Shown here: positions 63,650 to 64,000 of the stretch, piece by piece
Layout of the letters: each line of letters starts with the position of its first letter
How positions within the stretch are numbered: position 1 is the stretch's first letter
DNA from: Promethearchaeota archaeon
GTDB taxonomy: Archaea > Asgardarchaeota > Hermodarchaeia > Hermodarchaeales > Hermodarchaeaceae
Length of the DNA stretch: 64,000 nucleotides
Assembly (NCBI GenBank): GCA_048938385.1
Contig: JBHLMG010000009.1
Span: forward strand, 6,620-70,619
Direction: 5' to 3'
Made by a program: the position numbers and the translations under genes
Notes under the pieces: generated by a model
Databases searched by the model: none
What the model saw: the letters and a program-made list of their open reading frames with translations, nothing else
What the model was told of the DNA's origin: nothing

Positions 63650-63964
63650 TTACCTTTTTCCTTCTCTTGGTAACTCTTCTTCTTTTACTCCACTTTCTTT
63701 CTTTTGTCCAAAAAGACCAGCCAAATAGAAAAGAGTACAGAACATCATGAGGGTTCCAATTATCGCACCTATCATAGCCCCTAATATATCGCCACCAGGT
63801 CCCCAAATAGCAGGCCCAATAATCCATCCCACAAAAGCAAAGATGATTATTTCACATGCAATCGAGGTATAACGGAAGGTTCGACCCATTGAAACCGGTG
63901 GTTCATCGCTCATTCCTGTCACCATTGTTATTGTAAGGGAGAGTGCAGCCAGTTTCGAATTCAA
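63650..63964 (-). CDS. Small 2-TM protein, possibly AtpZ/'ATPase gene 1'-like
   Basis: The TM hairpin is IACEIIIFAFVGWIIGPAIWG / ILGAMIGAIIGTLMMFCTLFYLAGLF, followed by a charged tail. It ends 6 nt upstream of atpC. The track start is TTG, and internal Met codons are possible starts. Confidence 0.35.
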   Translation of the reverse strand: MNSKLAALSLTITMVTGMSDEPPVSMGRTFRYTSIACEIIIFAFVGWIIGPAIWGPGGDILGAMIGAIIGTLMMFCTLFYLAGLFGQKKESGVKEEELPREGKR

Positions 63965-64000
63965 CCCTTAAAATTGTCTCTGAAATTTGTTAAATGTTCG

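Noticed and set aside
1-64000. A search by eye for tRNA, rRNA, C/D-box sRNA, IS elements, integrases and CRISPR arrays in all intergenic gaps longer than 100 nt.
   Set aside because: I saw no cloverleaf-compatible sequence, no rRNA-like conserved blocks, no convincing C (RUGAUGA) / D (CUGA) box pairs, and no transposase or integrase ORFs. This is a negative result from visual inspection only. tRNAscan-SE, Infernal and ISfinder scans would settle it.

Overview
This is a densely coding archaeal chromosomal window. The archaeal call rests on Alba, a PDCD5/TFAR19-like protein, A/V-type ATPase subunits I, K and C, F420-dependent Mtd, an FrhB/FpoF-like protein, tungsten-type AOR, HypD and TrmI. The gene content points to an anaerobe that uses H4MPT and F420; I cannot place the lineage more precisely from sequence alone. 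I found no rRNA, tRNA, CRISPR array, transposase or integrase by eye.

Gene content from left to right:
- Chromatin and DNA-binding genes: an E2F/DP-like winged helix, PDCD5-like, and Alba.
- Surface and secreted proteins: transglutaminase-like, M28/glutaminyl-cyclase-like, and an anchored family-5 solute-binding protein.
- An iron and oxidative-stress cluster (hemerythrin, DPS-like, ferritin, peroxiredoxin) interleaved with NAD salvage (pncA, pncB).
- Two paralogous surface proteins flanking a wHTH-RDD regulator.
- An SPFH / zinc-ribbon membrane module.
- An SCP2-ADH-AOR block.
- hypD, an FpoF-like gene and mtd.
- A split respiratory-complex locus: A-B-C on the minus strand and J-K-L-M-N on the plus strand.
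- cysS.
- A dispersed A-type ATPase locus.

The standout feature is atpK (55255-58698). It is one 1147-aa ORF made of 15 tandem proteolipid hairpins, and all 15 keep the ion-binding glutamate. That is a complete genetically fused c15 rotor ring, larger than the 13-hairpin Methanopyrus case I know of.

Secondary leads:
- An archaeal look-alike of the Bacillus PspA-linked ydjGHI membrane module.
- A respiratory complex whose 'NuoB' carries the group-4-hydrogenase CNGC signature, and which lacks D, H and I subunits in this window.
- A circularly permuted orphan solute-binding protein.
- An E1-like enzyme with an extra C-terminal domain, next to a PH-like protein.

All family calls come from reading motifs in the translations. 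No database search was run. Several start codons were moved inward from the ORF track, which also counts GTG and TTG as starts.
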